DNA of 62,870 nucleotides, counting the filler, from Octopus bimaculoides (Eukaryota), in assembly GCF_001194135.2 (NCBI RefSeq). It is 4 parts of 4 records of this genome, joined end to end, with 100 filler letters (N's around TTAATTAATTAA, not from the genome) between each part and the next. Parts side by side here need not be neighbours in the genome. Positions count along the whole stretch, not along the records: positions 1 to 27,925 come from NC_068983.1; 3 more parts are not named here. One strand, 5' to 3'. Position numbers and translations under genes: made by a program. Position 1 is the first letter of the stretch, and the number at the start of each line of letters is the position of its first letter. The notes beneath the pieces are model-generated. The model ran no database searches. It was not told the DNA's origin and saw nothing but the letters and a program-made list of their open reading frames with translations. Shown here in pieces: positions 12,711 to 26,616 of the stretch.

Positions 12711-13598
12711 TTTTTTTTATTGGCTATTTCTGTCTCACTGGGTTGTGAGTGCAGACTGATCTCTACAGTATATAGTTGAGACTTGGTAAGTAACTGTAAT
12801 GTAGTCAAGCTTTGTGAAAAGTCTGTAGTGTCCATAGCTAGTAGTGATGTACTAAATTTTGTTAATGCACAACTATTTTATTCTAAATTAAATATTTTTA
12901 CAAAATACATCTTTGATAATATGGTCATAAATCATTGAAAAAAAAAAAACCTTCTAAAATATACCTTCCTAATTGTAGGGTGTATTTCATCACTTGTAGC
13001 ATCTTATGAGCAAGGAAGTATGTTAATTTTAAAACAGGCTGGATCTATATATAATGTTAATAGAAAAATAAAGGGGAAAAAGAAAGCATAAAGAACCGCT
13101 TGAGTTCTTGAAGTCTTTTTTATGCATCATACTGACGATAGTTGTTTTGTCATAAATTCTTTCCTTAATAAAGATAAATTATATCTATCTGAGATTTTTA
13201 CTCATAATGTGACTTGTCAACATTTAAGGCAACACTTAGGTAGAGTCATCTGTTCTGCTACCTGTCAAAAGTTAGCATGCTAACTGTATTATGATAACTG
13301 TAATAGGTCAAAGTGACTTGTTATGGTGGTGGGGTAATTAAGATGACTTGTCATAAAAGCTTTTTTTTCTATTTTTTAAATATATATTTGTATTTTTTAT
13401 AGTCTTCTCTTGAATCTTGATGATATTGGTGAACTCAACAACAATAATAATAACACATTTAGCCTAATGTCATGGGAGTTCAATTTTACTATAGTGAGCT
13501 AACACAATATTTTCAGTTTTGCAGTCAAGCTGTTCCACCTGTTGTACAATCTTAAGCACATTCTTGTATTGGACTAAACCATTTATTTCTTATTTCAG

Positions 13599-13628
13599 GC
13601 TTTGGCTCCTGATGTCATTAGTGATAAG
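13599..13628 (+). CDS. Candidate 30-nt PIX microexon (ALAPDVISDK)
   Basis: tttcttatttcag acceptor, AAG|gtacta donor (weak), no stop, phase 0/0. Confidence 0.4.
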
Positions 13629-15352
13629 GTACTAATCACTTTTTTTGACTAGGTGTTTAATGCCCTCTATACTTGCACACCCACATCTATCATGATAACC
13701 GTACCTTTGTAGAAATATCATACTAGTTGAGATCAAAATCTACAGCATTTTTGGAAACGTGGCTGTATGTTAAGACTTTACCATATTTTTCTAATCCTAC
13801 AAATGTTTGTGATTTTCCATGTGCGTTGTAATTAGGTGATACCTCATGTCCCAGCAATCCATTCAGATTTATTGGTATGTTGGATACATTCTTTCGTCTT
13901 ACTTCAAAATGTCTCTAGCTTGTCAACTTAGAATATGATAGAAATATTAATTGGCCACAATTATTATTCTAGTTATCAAAAGTCAATGGGTATTAATCTA
14001 GTACTTATTAGATAATGTCCATTGTAATTTTGTCTTTGATCATCTATTTTATATGTAGAAGTTAAAGGTTTATTATATAAGACAGGGATTGGTCAACTCT
14101 AACCTATTGCTCATAATTATCGTTACATTTCGCAGTCACTCATGTTACAAGTTATTAATAAAGATATGATTAGAAGCTTGCTTTGCAACTATTTGATTCA
14201 TGGTTCAATCACACTGCATAGGACCTTAGATAGTTCTACACAATATATATATATTAAATGTGTAAAATTTGGTGTATGAACTCAGAATAGTCTATAAAGT
14301 GGTGGGTTTTTAGGAAAGGCATCCAGCCATAGAAATCATGCCAAAACTGAGATATTAGAGCATGTTGCAGTTCTGCAGTTTGTTGGATCCTTTCAAACTG
14401 CTCAAACCATCCATTTTTTGGAAGTGGATATCAACTGATGATAAAGGATGATGAATTTTGTTAATATCTCCATCAGTGTTTGAATGCTAGTCAGCTCAAC
14501 ACTCTTCCCTGGATGCAGTCTAGGATGTCAGTGCATATAGCAGTGTCCCAGTTGTGGGATCAGTACTAACTTGTGGGCCTCACTTGAGCCTTATAGATTA
14601 TGAAGTGATAATGTTCTACATATTGTGTACAAATTTTTGGAAACTGGCTTAAAATATATACATACATATTCTCATGAGTAGCATTCACATGAGTAACATG
14701 GTAACATGAAATCCAGTACAACCTGTTACATTGGTGAGTAAATTGGCACCCCCAACAGGCTAGACTGGTGAGGAGGGTTGCTAGAAACCCATCAGGACTA
14801 AAAAGACCTGATGAACGGATGAACCTAGTGTTGGTTCAATGACTTATCTAATGATAGCATGGGCACTCAGGGGTTCCAGTATGCTGGAAGACCACTCAGA
14901 GTAAGGTACCTCAGCTTTCATTAAAGCATGGCTGTTGGTCACTTTGATATAAAACTGGATATGTCGGGAATGGCATTGGACATTTCGGGAATCTTTTGTT
15001 TGCATTTGAGATCATGGCGCTCCCATATTCCTGAACCTGCAATCCATACCAGCATTAGATATCTTGTCTGGGCTTGTCTCTAGCTCATGTCAATAGGGTG
15101 GAGAATGTCTGTGAGGTGTTGTGCAAGCCCTATTGGACCTAAAATTTTGCATAAGAATTTTGCATCCCAGTGATGATCATACTTGTCTATGAGTTGTGTC
15201 TGTGTGTACACAAATGTTATATTTATAATATATGTGTGTGTGTGTGTGTGTGNNNNNNNNNNNNNNNNNNNNNNNNNNNNNNNNNNNNNNNNNNNNNNNN
15301 NNNNNNNNNNNNNNNNNNNNNNNNNNNNNNNNNNNNNNNNNNNNNNNNNNNN

Positions 15353-15420
15353 AAGGTTCCGTCCTCAGCCCCCTCTTATTTATCATAGTCCTCCAGGCAA
15401 TGTACAATGTTTGAAATTGC
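15353..15420 (+). mobile_element. RTE-like RT fragment next to an N gap
   Basis: GSVLSPLLFIIVLQA motif. Confidence 0.55.
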
Positions 15421-16732
15421 TGAATCGGATAACATTAGGATTAGTTTCTCTGATAATGGCACTAGGAAAAAGGCAGCAGAGATGTGGAAATGGTACACAA
15501 GAACTCTTGTTCGAACTCATCAATTTATAGTACCAACTACTGTTACTTCCTGATTTGTAATTAGACTAATCATATATTTTTTTTTCATTTTGAATGAAAG
15601 CATGCACAGATACATTGTCAATGCAAATAATCATCAGGCTATTCCTTAATGAAAGTTTGGGTTTAAAGCTTATTTTCATACGGTTGTGTTTATTTTATAC
15701 TGTGTAGTAATATAAACAATTAAGTTGCTTTTATCACAAAATGCTATAAAAGAAAACGAGGAACATCTCTGTTTACCTGTTTAAAAATCCAAACTGCACC
15801 CATGTTAAAACTGAACGTTTGAAGACCTAAAGCAACTTAACAAATGACCACTTTAAAAGATATAAACTCAATTACACACGCATACACACACATGCGAGTG
15901 AGTGGACAACTGAAAGTGGCACTCAACACTTTTGGTTGGAGTTATATTAATTGTTTGGCTTCAATAACCATGCATGAAGCTGAGTCAAATGGTTATTAAA
16001 TTATCACCCCCTGCCCCCTCTCTCTATCTGTGTATGTGTGTATCCCTTTTTGAGATTAATAAATTAATTCATTATTGTTGTCACCATTATCGTCATTAAT
16101 ATCACCATCATTACCATTTTTATTTCTGTTATTCCATGCTTTCATGTGTTGGACAGGTCTCTCCAACACAGCATCTCACCACACGACTACCAGTGTAGTT
16201 GTTTCTGTTGCACACTATGTCTAACTCTTCTTATACCAGCTTTACTCTCAGCTCATTTGTGCCTTGTCATTCATGCGTACTAACATTACACATTAGCAGA
16301 GCATGCTTGCTTCATTACTTTCCAACTTTCGTATACCCTCTGCGTTTAATGCCTATGTCTCTCTACAGTGTAGCATTGCACTTCATACATAAACATTGTT
16401 TGAAAATGAAATATGAATGAATGTAACAATCAAGATTACTCTAAATGAAATGAAAACAATATTGTAAATGACTGAAAATTGTTAAAAGAAATAGTGTATT
16501 TATATATTTGTATTGCAAGATTCCTGATGTGAAATCGTGTGTTGAAACAGATATTAATGTATTTTGGGATGGTCATTTTTATTTATTTTTTATAGCTATC
16601 TCTTTTTTTTATATCTATCACAGGTATGTGACAAATACATTTATTTATGAATAAATATATAAATAGATAAATGAATAAATAACTATATTTGTCACATACT
16701 TATGATAGATATAAAAAACAGATGGATAAAAT

Positions 16733-17296
16733 CATCATCATCATCATCATCATCATCGTTTAACGTCCGCTTTCCATGCTAGCATGGGTTGGACGATTTG
16801 ACTGAGGACTGGTGAAACCGGATGGCAACACCAGGCTCCAATCTAATTTGGCAGAGTTTCTACAGCTGGATGCCTTTCCTAACGCCAACCACTCAGAGAG
16901 TGTAGTGGGTGCTTTTACGTGTCACCTGCACGAAGGCCAGTCAGGCGGTACTGGCAATGGCCACGCTCGAAATGGTGTCTTTTATGTGCCACCCGCACAA
17001 AAGCCAGTCCAGGGGCACTGGCAACGATCTCGCTCGAAAACCCTACGAAGGCCAGTCAGGCAGCACTGGCAACGGTCACGCTCAAAATGGTGCATCTTAT
17101 GTGCCACCCGCACAAGAGCCAGTCCAGGGGCACTGGCAACGATCTCACTTGGCTTGCCGGGTCTTCTCACGCACAGCACATATATATTGTCATCGTCGTT
17201 TAACATCCGCTCTCCATGCCAGCACGGGTTGGACGATTTGACTGAGGACTGGTGAAACCAGATGGCCACACCAGGCTCCAATCCGATTTGGCAGTG
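16733..17296 (-). mobile_element. (GAT)n-tailed retroposon 3' end, compound copy; other copies ~1008-1168, 5752-6150, 19999-20143 (+), 42365-42646 (+), 46387-46610
   Basis: Shared ccatgctagcatgggttggacg...ctacagctggatgcccttcctaacgcc; this copy has a ~110-bp internal tandem duplication and a second tail segment. Confidence 0.85.
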
Positions 17297-20200
17297 TTAT
17301 AAATAAATAAAGGGCATGGTTACAAACAATATACGAGGTGAACCCATACACACACAAGAAATTTCACGGACAGCCACAACAGTATCAACAACATGAATAA
17401 TGACAGCAGAATAATGAACACACAAACACAGAGAGATACAGGAACTGTATCAAATTTTCGGCTCTTAGGACAACAGCAGCACAATGGGGTGAGAGAATGG
17501 GGCTGAAGAGAAGGCCATATTGCTGCTAAGAACAATGACATACACTAGTATACACACACGTATACAAATGCATGTGCACATAAGGATACACATCTTAGAA
17601 GAACAGAATGGAGGAAGTGGAGCAAGAGCATACACAAAAACGAAAGATCTCACTGAAGAGGTCACAGATGTGTGAAGAAAGATTTTCGGACAATGGACAT
17701 GAGTTAAAATAAACAAAATAAGAACAGTAATTAATAAGTGAAGAACAAATATATAATGCATGTGTTTATTTGGCTAAAAAGAGAAAATAAATAAAAATGA
17801 CCATCCTGAAATACAACAATATGTATTTATATAATAGGGTTAAATGAAAAATCCTAATCCAAATTTACTAACATCTTGTTTATATAAACATAATTGTTTC
17901 TAACAGGTCCTCCTTCACAGAAACCCTTAAATCAGGTTTATTTTCAATGCAGAAAACAGTTAAACTATTATTTGGGAAACTGGATACTGTAACACCTTGC
18001 TGGAGTTGGAACATTTTTACTAACTCCAATGTTGGTAACCTAATAATTACTTCCAACTTTTTCATTCCAGTTTAATGTAAGAAGGCAACACAGAAGTTGT
18101 CTTGTTACTATGGAAAGATATATTGTTGGCCTTTGGAACAGAGGTGCTATCAACAATTGATTTCATAAGTCCTGTAACGGATAAGTCTGCAAAATTGTTG
18201 ATGTGTGTTGGCAATAAAAGGAAATACACAAGAGCTACTAGAAAAGAGCTACTTGTATAAATCTTGAAAAACCTCCTTTTTGCTTTCTTAGTAATTTGTT
18301 TGCAAAAGCTGCTTCTTGAATCAAAAGGTTGTTGAATATGTATGTAGGTAGGCATGTGCATATGTGTGTGTATTCATGCATTGCAATTTCAATTGTTTGT
18401 TTAAACCATAGCAACACAGTCTGTAAGAAAGTATTTGACAGAAGTGTATGAAGTCTGAAGAAGTATGGAGCATAAAGAAATAAAACTATCTGATTTTCTT
18501 TTGTGAAACTGACAGTTTCTTTAGGATTGGATGTGAAGCACATTTGTATCTTGGGGCAGTCATAAATGATAAATGTCTGTCTGACTTAAATCTAAATCAG
18601 CAAGTGAATTCATGTATTTGTGTAATATGGTGATATGCATGATTAAGCTATGATGATGGACACAGCAATAGAAAGTGAATTGTATTTTGAATTATTCATA
18701 TAGCATTTATAGACAATCTCTCACTTTTTTTCTTTCTCTCTTTCTTTTCTAACCTTCTCGTTTTTGTCATTTTGTGATGGCAGTAGTCAGCTTTCATTGA
18801 GCTGATATAGTATGATTTAACTTTGCAAATGCTGATTGAGCACAAGCTCAACCTACTTTTTTTATTGCTAAAATGTTGTCAAAGTATTTAAAATTATAAA
18901 AACATTAGAAATAAAAGCAAAAACTGTTCAGAAATCAAATTTCCCATCAATTGTTTTCTTGGAAATAAATTACACTGGTGGTGGGGTGGGGTGGGGTACA
19001 GCATATTTTCAGTTGTTGACTATTTCTTTTTTAGTGAGATTAGGGTTGATAGGGATTTCTTTAAGAATTTCATAAAAAGTTAAGAGGAGGAAATTAACTA
19101 CAAAATTAATTGGCATGATTGTAAAGATATTTGACTAATCAATTAAGAGCTGTGTTTCTGTTTAGCGCTGATTGCTGTATTATTTTTAGGTAAAATGCAT
19201 TATTTTACTAGGCTCAGTGTTGAACTTAAACAGGTACTGGCAAACCAAACAAATGTTTAAAGTTTAAGATCATATACCCTCAAAAAGAAAGGGAAAAATC
19301 TAGGAATGATTGCAGTTTTTTTTTTTTTTAAAAGAAATTTAAACCTGACTTAAAGAAAAGATAACTTTCTGATAGTTATCTTGGAGCAGAATGTTAATTG
19401 AAGTGTAGATGTTAAATAATCTATTGTTGTAAATAGATTGTGATTACATAGGTTGTTCTATTTAAATTCACCGAAAGAGTTCAGCTTGAGTTGAATTTTG
19501 ATTTATATATCTTAATGACTGAATGTAAACATTGTTATGTGTATTCACCAGACCTTCAACTTCCTTTGACTCCTATTTCTGTGATGAAGTAATTAAAATC
19601 AGTCACCTTTGTGGTAACTGTTGATTTAACATCTGTTACAATGGAACAAGTGCTTAAATATAGCAAGTTGTTCTCTCTAATATTGCACACTTAAATGATA
19701 ATGAGATATAAATGATAATTGATTATGTTGGTATGAATCCTAGAATTTTAGAAAGTGGAGAGGTTGTGAAGCTAATTTCTTTCCAAAGGACATAGCTTCA
19801 ATAATCTTAATGCAAGATAGATAAAAAAAACAACAAAAAACAAACAAAAAAGGCAAAAACAGAAATGTCTTTTGTTACTGGACAAAAATAAGAGAAAACT
19901 GTTGAAAAGTAGTGGAAAAATTAATTACAGCTCATTCCAATGCCGTTAGAAAAATTTGTTAGTTTTTATGTATCTGTTAAAAACATTACACATCTTGTAA
20001 GGAAGGGCATCCAGCTGTAGAAACTCTGCCAAATTAGATTGGAGCCTGGTGTAGCCATCCGGTTGCACCAGTCCTCAGTCAAATCGTCCAACCCATGCTA
20101 GCATGGAAAGCGGACGTTAAGCGATGATGATGATGATGATGATGAATCGAGCCATATCCTTAAACTTTGCTCTGGTCCTAGTGTCCTACTATAAACTTAA

Positions 20201-20452
20201 CAATTATATTTATGTTATTACTTTTACAAACTCATGAAGTAAATCTCTGTTTTCTTCACAATTTGCACTTCATTGAAGTTGTAAAAGGATGTTTTCATTT
20301 GTAAACTTCTTTATTGATATATGATATTGGTAAGGATATTTGCTACTCAGCTATTAGACACAGGCCTTAAGTATAGGTCTACAGGCATTAATTTATTCTT
20401 TCCTCCTCACTAATGCTGTAGTTCTGTGTGAAATGTGCATGCGTGCATGTGT

Positions 20453-20503
<51 letters not shown>

Positions 20504-21705
20504 TTAAATTTCTCAGACAATATTCTCAGACAATATTGAATGAAAGTCTGTCAATGCATTTTCAATTGACCTTGTAAGGTTAAAGGAAAAATAAGGTGTT
20601 GCTTCGAGTTGTTATACTTCATCCGTGTGAGGAAAGTAATCTATTATCTCAGCAAGACAAATTTGCACTGTTCAGTTGATAAATATGCACACACAAACAT
20701 ACACACTCATTTGCTCACTCAGTTGTGTAGCCTAATCATCCTATCCTGAGGAAAGTATCGAGTTTTTTTCTGTTTCACATTTTCTTTTTAGAGATTGTAA
20801 AAAAAAAAAATTTAGAAAGATTAATATTCTTAATAATATTAACATATTCTTAACATTTGTTGTTTCATTGTTAACAATAAATAGTGCTAAGTTTTCTTTA
20901 TGATTTATTGTAATTTCAAGTATAGAATTATTATATTTCCTTGGTCTGCCTGTGTCAATGATCAGCAGTTATTGTTCCTTGTCTAATAGAAATGAATTTT
21001 CTTTTCCTAACATCTGTATGGTTCCACAATAACATTCATTGACAGAATCTCTTGGATATTCTTCATTTTTTCTCTTGCTCTGTCTGTGGTGTGAAGATTT
21101 AACAAAGCATAAACTTTTTAAAACTTTCTATTTACTTGAGCCATTATTTAAGCTATTAGAGTAGCAGAATTGGTGCAAATTAATGTTTTATATGTTCTAA
21201 AGTTTTATCGTTAACTGTTTCAAGTTCAAGTGCTACTGTTATTAATTTTAAGATATTTTTTGAGTTTAGTAAAATAAATATGAATATGAAACTGTGGTCA
21301 TTTTATATGCAGGATTGCACTGTCTTCTTTCAAAATAAACCTTGTGCTAAGTTAAAAAAAAGTATCTAAATTAATTTGATTCACACTGTTTTAATTAGTT
21401 CTAATTTCCAGTATAATTTCTCTATAGTCCATTAGTCCTGCTTCAGAATGAGATGTTTACAAAAATTTCTTATACAATAAAAAGGTCTCTGTTTCACTTT
21501 TTTGGAACAAACTGATTATTGGAATATATTTGTTAGTTACATGAAGTAGCTCCTTTATGTATTTACTGTGTTGACTTCACCACTGATGAATCTAATGGTA
21601 TATCGATGCTAGTGTTAGATCATAGTTAATTAACCAACACTCCAGACAACCCATTGGTAGTCAATGGATAACTATGACATGAAGATTCTGTCTCTCTCCC
21701 TCTTA

Positions 21706-21743
<38 letters not shown>

Positions 21744-21954
21744 TGATGGCCTTATAACTCAGAGGTGGTTGACCATTCTGTTCTTGATTTATTTAGTGAG
21801 TTGTTGTGAGGGTAGAGTGACCATACCATTTGATTGGGCAACTTTCAGATGACATTAGAGTAACATCTCCTGGCCAGTTTTCATGAAGAGAACTGCTATA
21901 CTTGGCAATCTTACTTTCTTGATTATTTCACCATTAAGAACCATGTTTCTGCAG

Positions 21955-21972
21955 GTGATTTTCATAACTGAG
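21955..21972 (+). CDS. Candidate 18-nt PIX microexon (VIFITE)
   Basis: gtttctgcag acceptor, GAG|gtgaga donor, phase 0/0. Confidence 0.35.
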
Positions 21973-24499
21973 GTGAGATGGCTCAGCATGAAGGCATGAA
22001 GTTTCTTTACCTAACTTCTGTGCAATCTCTAGGCACCTTAGAAAAGAATGGAGTAGGTTTTGCATTTGATTCTAGTGGAAATATTAATGATTGTTTCTTA
22101 CCTATAGGCACACTCCTCATCTGAATGCTGTATTTCATTTTATTAACTTCTTTTGTTGTCCAGTGTTGAAATATCTGTCATTTGATATTGTGTAGCCATG
22201 ATATTCAGTGCAGTTTTCAAATTAATGCCATCAACCCTGATACTTTCTTTGTGTGTTAACTGGAATAAGCACCACCTTGTAGAGAATTTTAGTCAGGTGA
22301 TTCTACCCCAGTACTCATTTCTTTTTTAAAAAGCCTTGTACATTTTCTGTTGGTCACTTTTGCTGAACTGCTTAGTTATGGGAGACATAAACACACCAAC
22401 ACTGGTTGACAAATGGTGGTGGGGAACAAACACACACATAAAGACACTCGCATACACATATATGTATATATACAACAATCTTCTTTCAGTTTCCATCTAT
22501 CTGACTCACAACGCTTTGGTTGGCCCAAGACTATAATAAAAGATACTTGCCCAAGCTGCTCTGCAGTAGGACTAAACTTGGAACCATGTGGTTGGGAAGC
22601 AAGCTTCTTACCACACAGCCATGCCAGTGTCTGCCATTGTTAATGTTTGTCTTGAAACCAAATTTATGTATATGCAATAAAGAATGCATTTATGATGTAC
22701 TGTGTCTTATGGATGACTGCTATTTGCATACAGTAGTGCATAATTATGAAGGTTATTTGGAAGAGCTTAAGTATTAGCATTTGCTGATGGTAGATATTCT
22801 ATTGAGGTGGTGCAACTCTTTCTCATTGACATAAACAGGTCAAGAGAGATGTGACCTCTGTAGTGGCTAGTTGAAAGATGCTAGGAATTCTAATCAAATA
22901 GTTACCCTCAGTGTTGCAGTATAGCATGATCTTTTGGGTGGTTTGGCTATAAGAGCCTTTACCACAAGAGAAAAGTTTAATGTAAGGCAGGGATGTTAAC
23001 AAACTAATGAATAAGTGTGTGTGTATATTTCTGTAAATCATTTTTAAGATCTTATTTTTCCATGCTGGCATTGGTTTGATGAGATTTCTTGTGGCAGTAT
23101 TCTATGGGTACATGCCCTTTCCGATGTCAGACTTAGTTTTCATCAATGGTCATTTTATTCCACTGTTCTTATGTCAAAACCAACCACCAAGCTGCAAGAC
23201 ATGTTGGTTATGCAGAACTCAAAGAAACAGCACCCCTGCTGAAACAGTGCTGAATCAAAGACACTCAAAGGCAAATACACATATGCACTTGCATGTATGC
23301 ACGCACACACACACGCACACACACACACACACGCACACAGACATACGCACACCATATACACACGGTACAGAAGCTATATGCTTTGTACAGTTTTCATCTC
23401 CCAAATTTGACTCTCAAAGCATTAAACCATCCAAGACTATGGTAGAAGACACTTAAGTTGCCATACTGCAAAATTGATATTTATATTTGAAAGTAGAGAA
23501 TTAGAGTGAAAATTTAGCAAATGTTATTATTTCCACACAGCTTAATATGTAAACATCATTTCTTCACAGCCCTAGAGTTCACCTGCAATTCTTTTGTTTT
23601 TGTTTTTCTTACTCTTCAATTAAGTACATCTCTACTCTAATTATAATACATTAAGATTATAATTTGTTGAATTGTTAATTTTTTTTTTTTTTTTGTTTTG
23701 TTTATAATCTCTTTGACAACAACTATCAAATAATTAGTAACAGAAATTTAATCTTACATACAATTTTCCTATTCTGATTTTCCTATTCTAATTTTCCTAT
23801 TTAACCTTATTACTTCTAAAACTTTTCTTTGCCGTTTGTTGTTTTTGGATTATATTCAATGTGTGTTACCATATGGGATGCTTTAAGTAGCCTACTCTTC
23901 ACTATACTGATCATTTGCTTTTTTTTTCTTCTCTCCATGCTTGTTATTCCTTTTCCTCATAAACATTCCTCCTTTTAGAATTCCATGCTATTTTTGGTAT
24001 TGTTCGTCCCTTCTGCCATGTTTGACCCAGTGTTTGTTCACAAACAGTCCTATCTATCTTATATGAAGTATTATTACTGTAATCATTGATGTTCATATTA
24101 TTTATCCCTCTGTTCTTGTCCTTTGTCACTGTCGTATATATTTAGATAGATACAGTAGTAAGACTTAGCTCTGAACCAACTGAGATTTAAACTTTATTTT
24201 TTAGTAGAACTGCTTTATTTCACTTACACGAATAATGCTTTTAAGAAATCTATGGACACCACCACTTCTCATCTCTTTTTTTGGAAAAGTATTAGTCTCC
24301 ATATCTATATTTCAGAATATTATGAAACTTTAGAAATACAAAGCATGAGGATATTACTCCTGTAAGAACAATCTGTAAAATGCAATTTCCTTCAAACTTT
24401 AAATTATGCAGAAATTTAAATGTCTTACTTTCTCTTACAATTAGTGTCATTGAATATATTGTTAAAGAATTTTTTTTTTTAAATCTTCATTTTTTTCAG

Positions 24500-24704
24500 A
24501 TCTCATCTTCACAGCCCAGTATCAGTATGCTAACACAGGCAAAAACAGCCAAAATGACACAGCCACCATTACAGACCAAAATGTATAAAACTTGGAGTAT
24601 GTCCTGTTTACGTCCAGCTCCACCCATGAGGCCTTCTGCATCAGAAAGAGATGCTCTGAAAAGTCCGCGCTCAGGAAGAAAACCAGGAATGAGAAGAAAA
24701 CCAG
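24500..24704 (+). CDS. ARHGEF7: PIX exon, proline-rich region: ISSSQPSIS...KTWSMSCLRPAPPMRPSASERDALKSPRSGRKPGMRRKP
   Basis: ttttttcag acceptor, CAG|gtaaga donor, phase 0/1; WSMSCLRPAPPMRPSA matches the recalled PIX motif WSLSCLRPAPPLRPSA. Confidence 0.93.
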
Positions 24705-26616
24705 GTAAGAAGCTATTCCTGTCTGTTGTAGTCTTTGTCACAGCAAAGTGACAATTGTTGATAAAGAAAGACATCCACTTTTGTTCCATTTTTCTTTTCT
24801 CATCAAAAATGTTTTACAAAATTTATTTTTATTCTCTTATTTTATATTTGTAGAAATAAAGAAAAAAGCAATTATGGAAGATTTAAGTATGATAGCTTGT
24901 CTTTGATTAAAAAAAATTCTTGTTTGAGCTTAACACACATTTACCTTTCTTTTTGTGCTATTTAGCTGTGTAGACAACTCTCCATTCCCCTTATCACCTT
25001 TGCTCTTATCTTGTTGAATGTACAAGATAACAAGAAAAAAATTCTATTAACACTGTTTTCAAGTTAAGTTTCTGATGTTGTTTTGAGAAAAATAACTGCC
25101 TTGTAAAAAATCATTCAGCCGCTGTTTGATATTTGTGACAAACATTATCTAACATTTAACAGTATCTTGAAAACTTGTTTAATTAAATTGTTATCAGATG
25201 GCTGTGTTGCATTAGTGTAGCCTATTTATGGAAATGTTTTTCTTTTTTACTTTGAATTAGGTGGATACACATTTTCTTTTTGTCCATTGCAATTCTGTTA
25301 TGTCTAAATTTGAAATATAATGAAATAAACCAAGCTCAGTAAAATTAATTCAATAACTGATACTGGATTTAGTTTAGTTTAGCATACTGTAAAACTACAA
25401 GCTGAAAATAATTTTATCAGTTTACTAGATTACTTGAATTCTGAATCATTCCTATAAAGCCAAAGTACTATTTCTTGTTCATAGCAAATAAACAAAGCTA
25501 ATACTTTAATTTGTATTTCTCACGTCTCACAAGTTTCCTATCTATATATATATTAAGAATATCAAAAAGATTGTTTACTTAATGTCCTATAAAATGAATA
25601 TGAAATGATAATTTATTTTTATTTTTCGCTCATCCTTTTGTTTGATTTTTATCTCATGACAGTCTTCAACTGAATTCTTCTGTTTGTTTTTATGTTATTG
25701 ATATTAGATGTTTTTGATGAAATCAGAGAAAGTCCCCCGCCGTTTTTAATATCATCTAATTTCTGTTTCATGGCAACAATTTTCTTTTATGCTATCATTG
25801 AATGAACCCTATTGACTGTACACACTCCAAAAGCAGAAAAACAGAACAAAACAAAAAAAATTGTCCTCTTGTTTCTGCAATAATTGTTTTATTTTTAGTT
25901 TCATGTACACTTCATTTTTTTTTTGTTTATTTCTCATTATATATCATCATTAGAATTTTAAATACACACGTGCACACACATACATTTATATTTTTAACTT
26001 CTTTAACTGCAAAACTGAATTTCATGGTTATTCCTGTAATGATGTTAACTATCTATCAAAACATAAAATTGGTATGTTCTGCAAGAGAAGTTGCTTTGAT
26101 AAACTTGACACATCTCATTGAAAAAATACTATCAAACAACATTCCTTAATAAAAGCTAGATTGGTATGTAAAACTACTTTCCCCTGGTAAGGGTAAATCT
26201 TCAGTGGATAAATTTGATTTCTGAATTAAAATGGTTAATAATCTATAATCCTCTATAAGAATAGGCATGGATGTGTGATTAAGAAGCTTTCTCTGCAATC
26301 TCATGGTTCTGCATTCAACTCCATTGTGCAACACTTTGGTCAAATTTGGGAGTGAATTTGGAAGTTTGTGCACTGTCCAATGACTGAAACAAAAGATAAA
26401 AGATATTAGGATTCTAAAGCTCCCAAAATATAATGATTGATATAGCCTGATATTCAAAGTGATAGTTGTGTCCAGTAAAGCCTATTTGACATTGAACAAT
26501 AGTAGTAGAAAAAGGTGGAACATGTCTGTAAATCTCATCTTTTGCCTGTGTATATGTGTGCATATATTTCTATTTCTGTGTTTGTCTGTGTGTATACACA
26601 AACATTCATATAGATA

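Noticed and set aside
14806-14830. CTGATGAAC motif
   Set aside because: No downstream GAAA or stems
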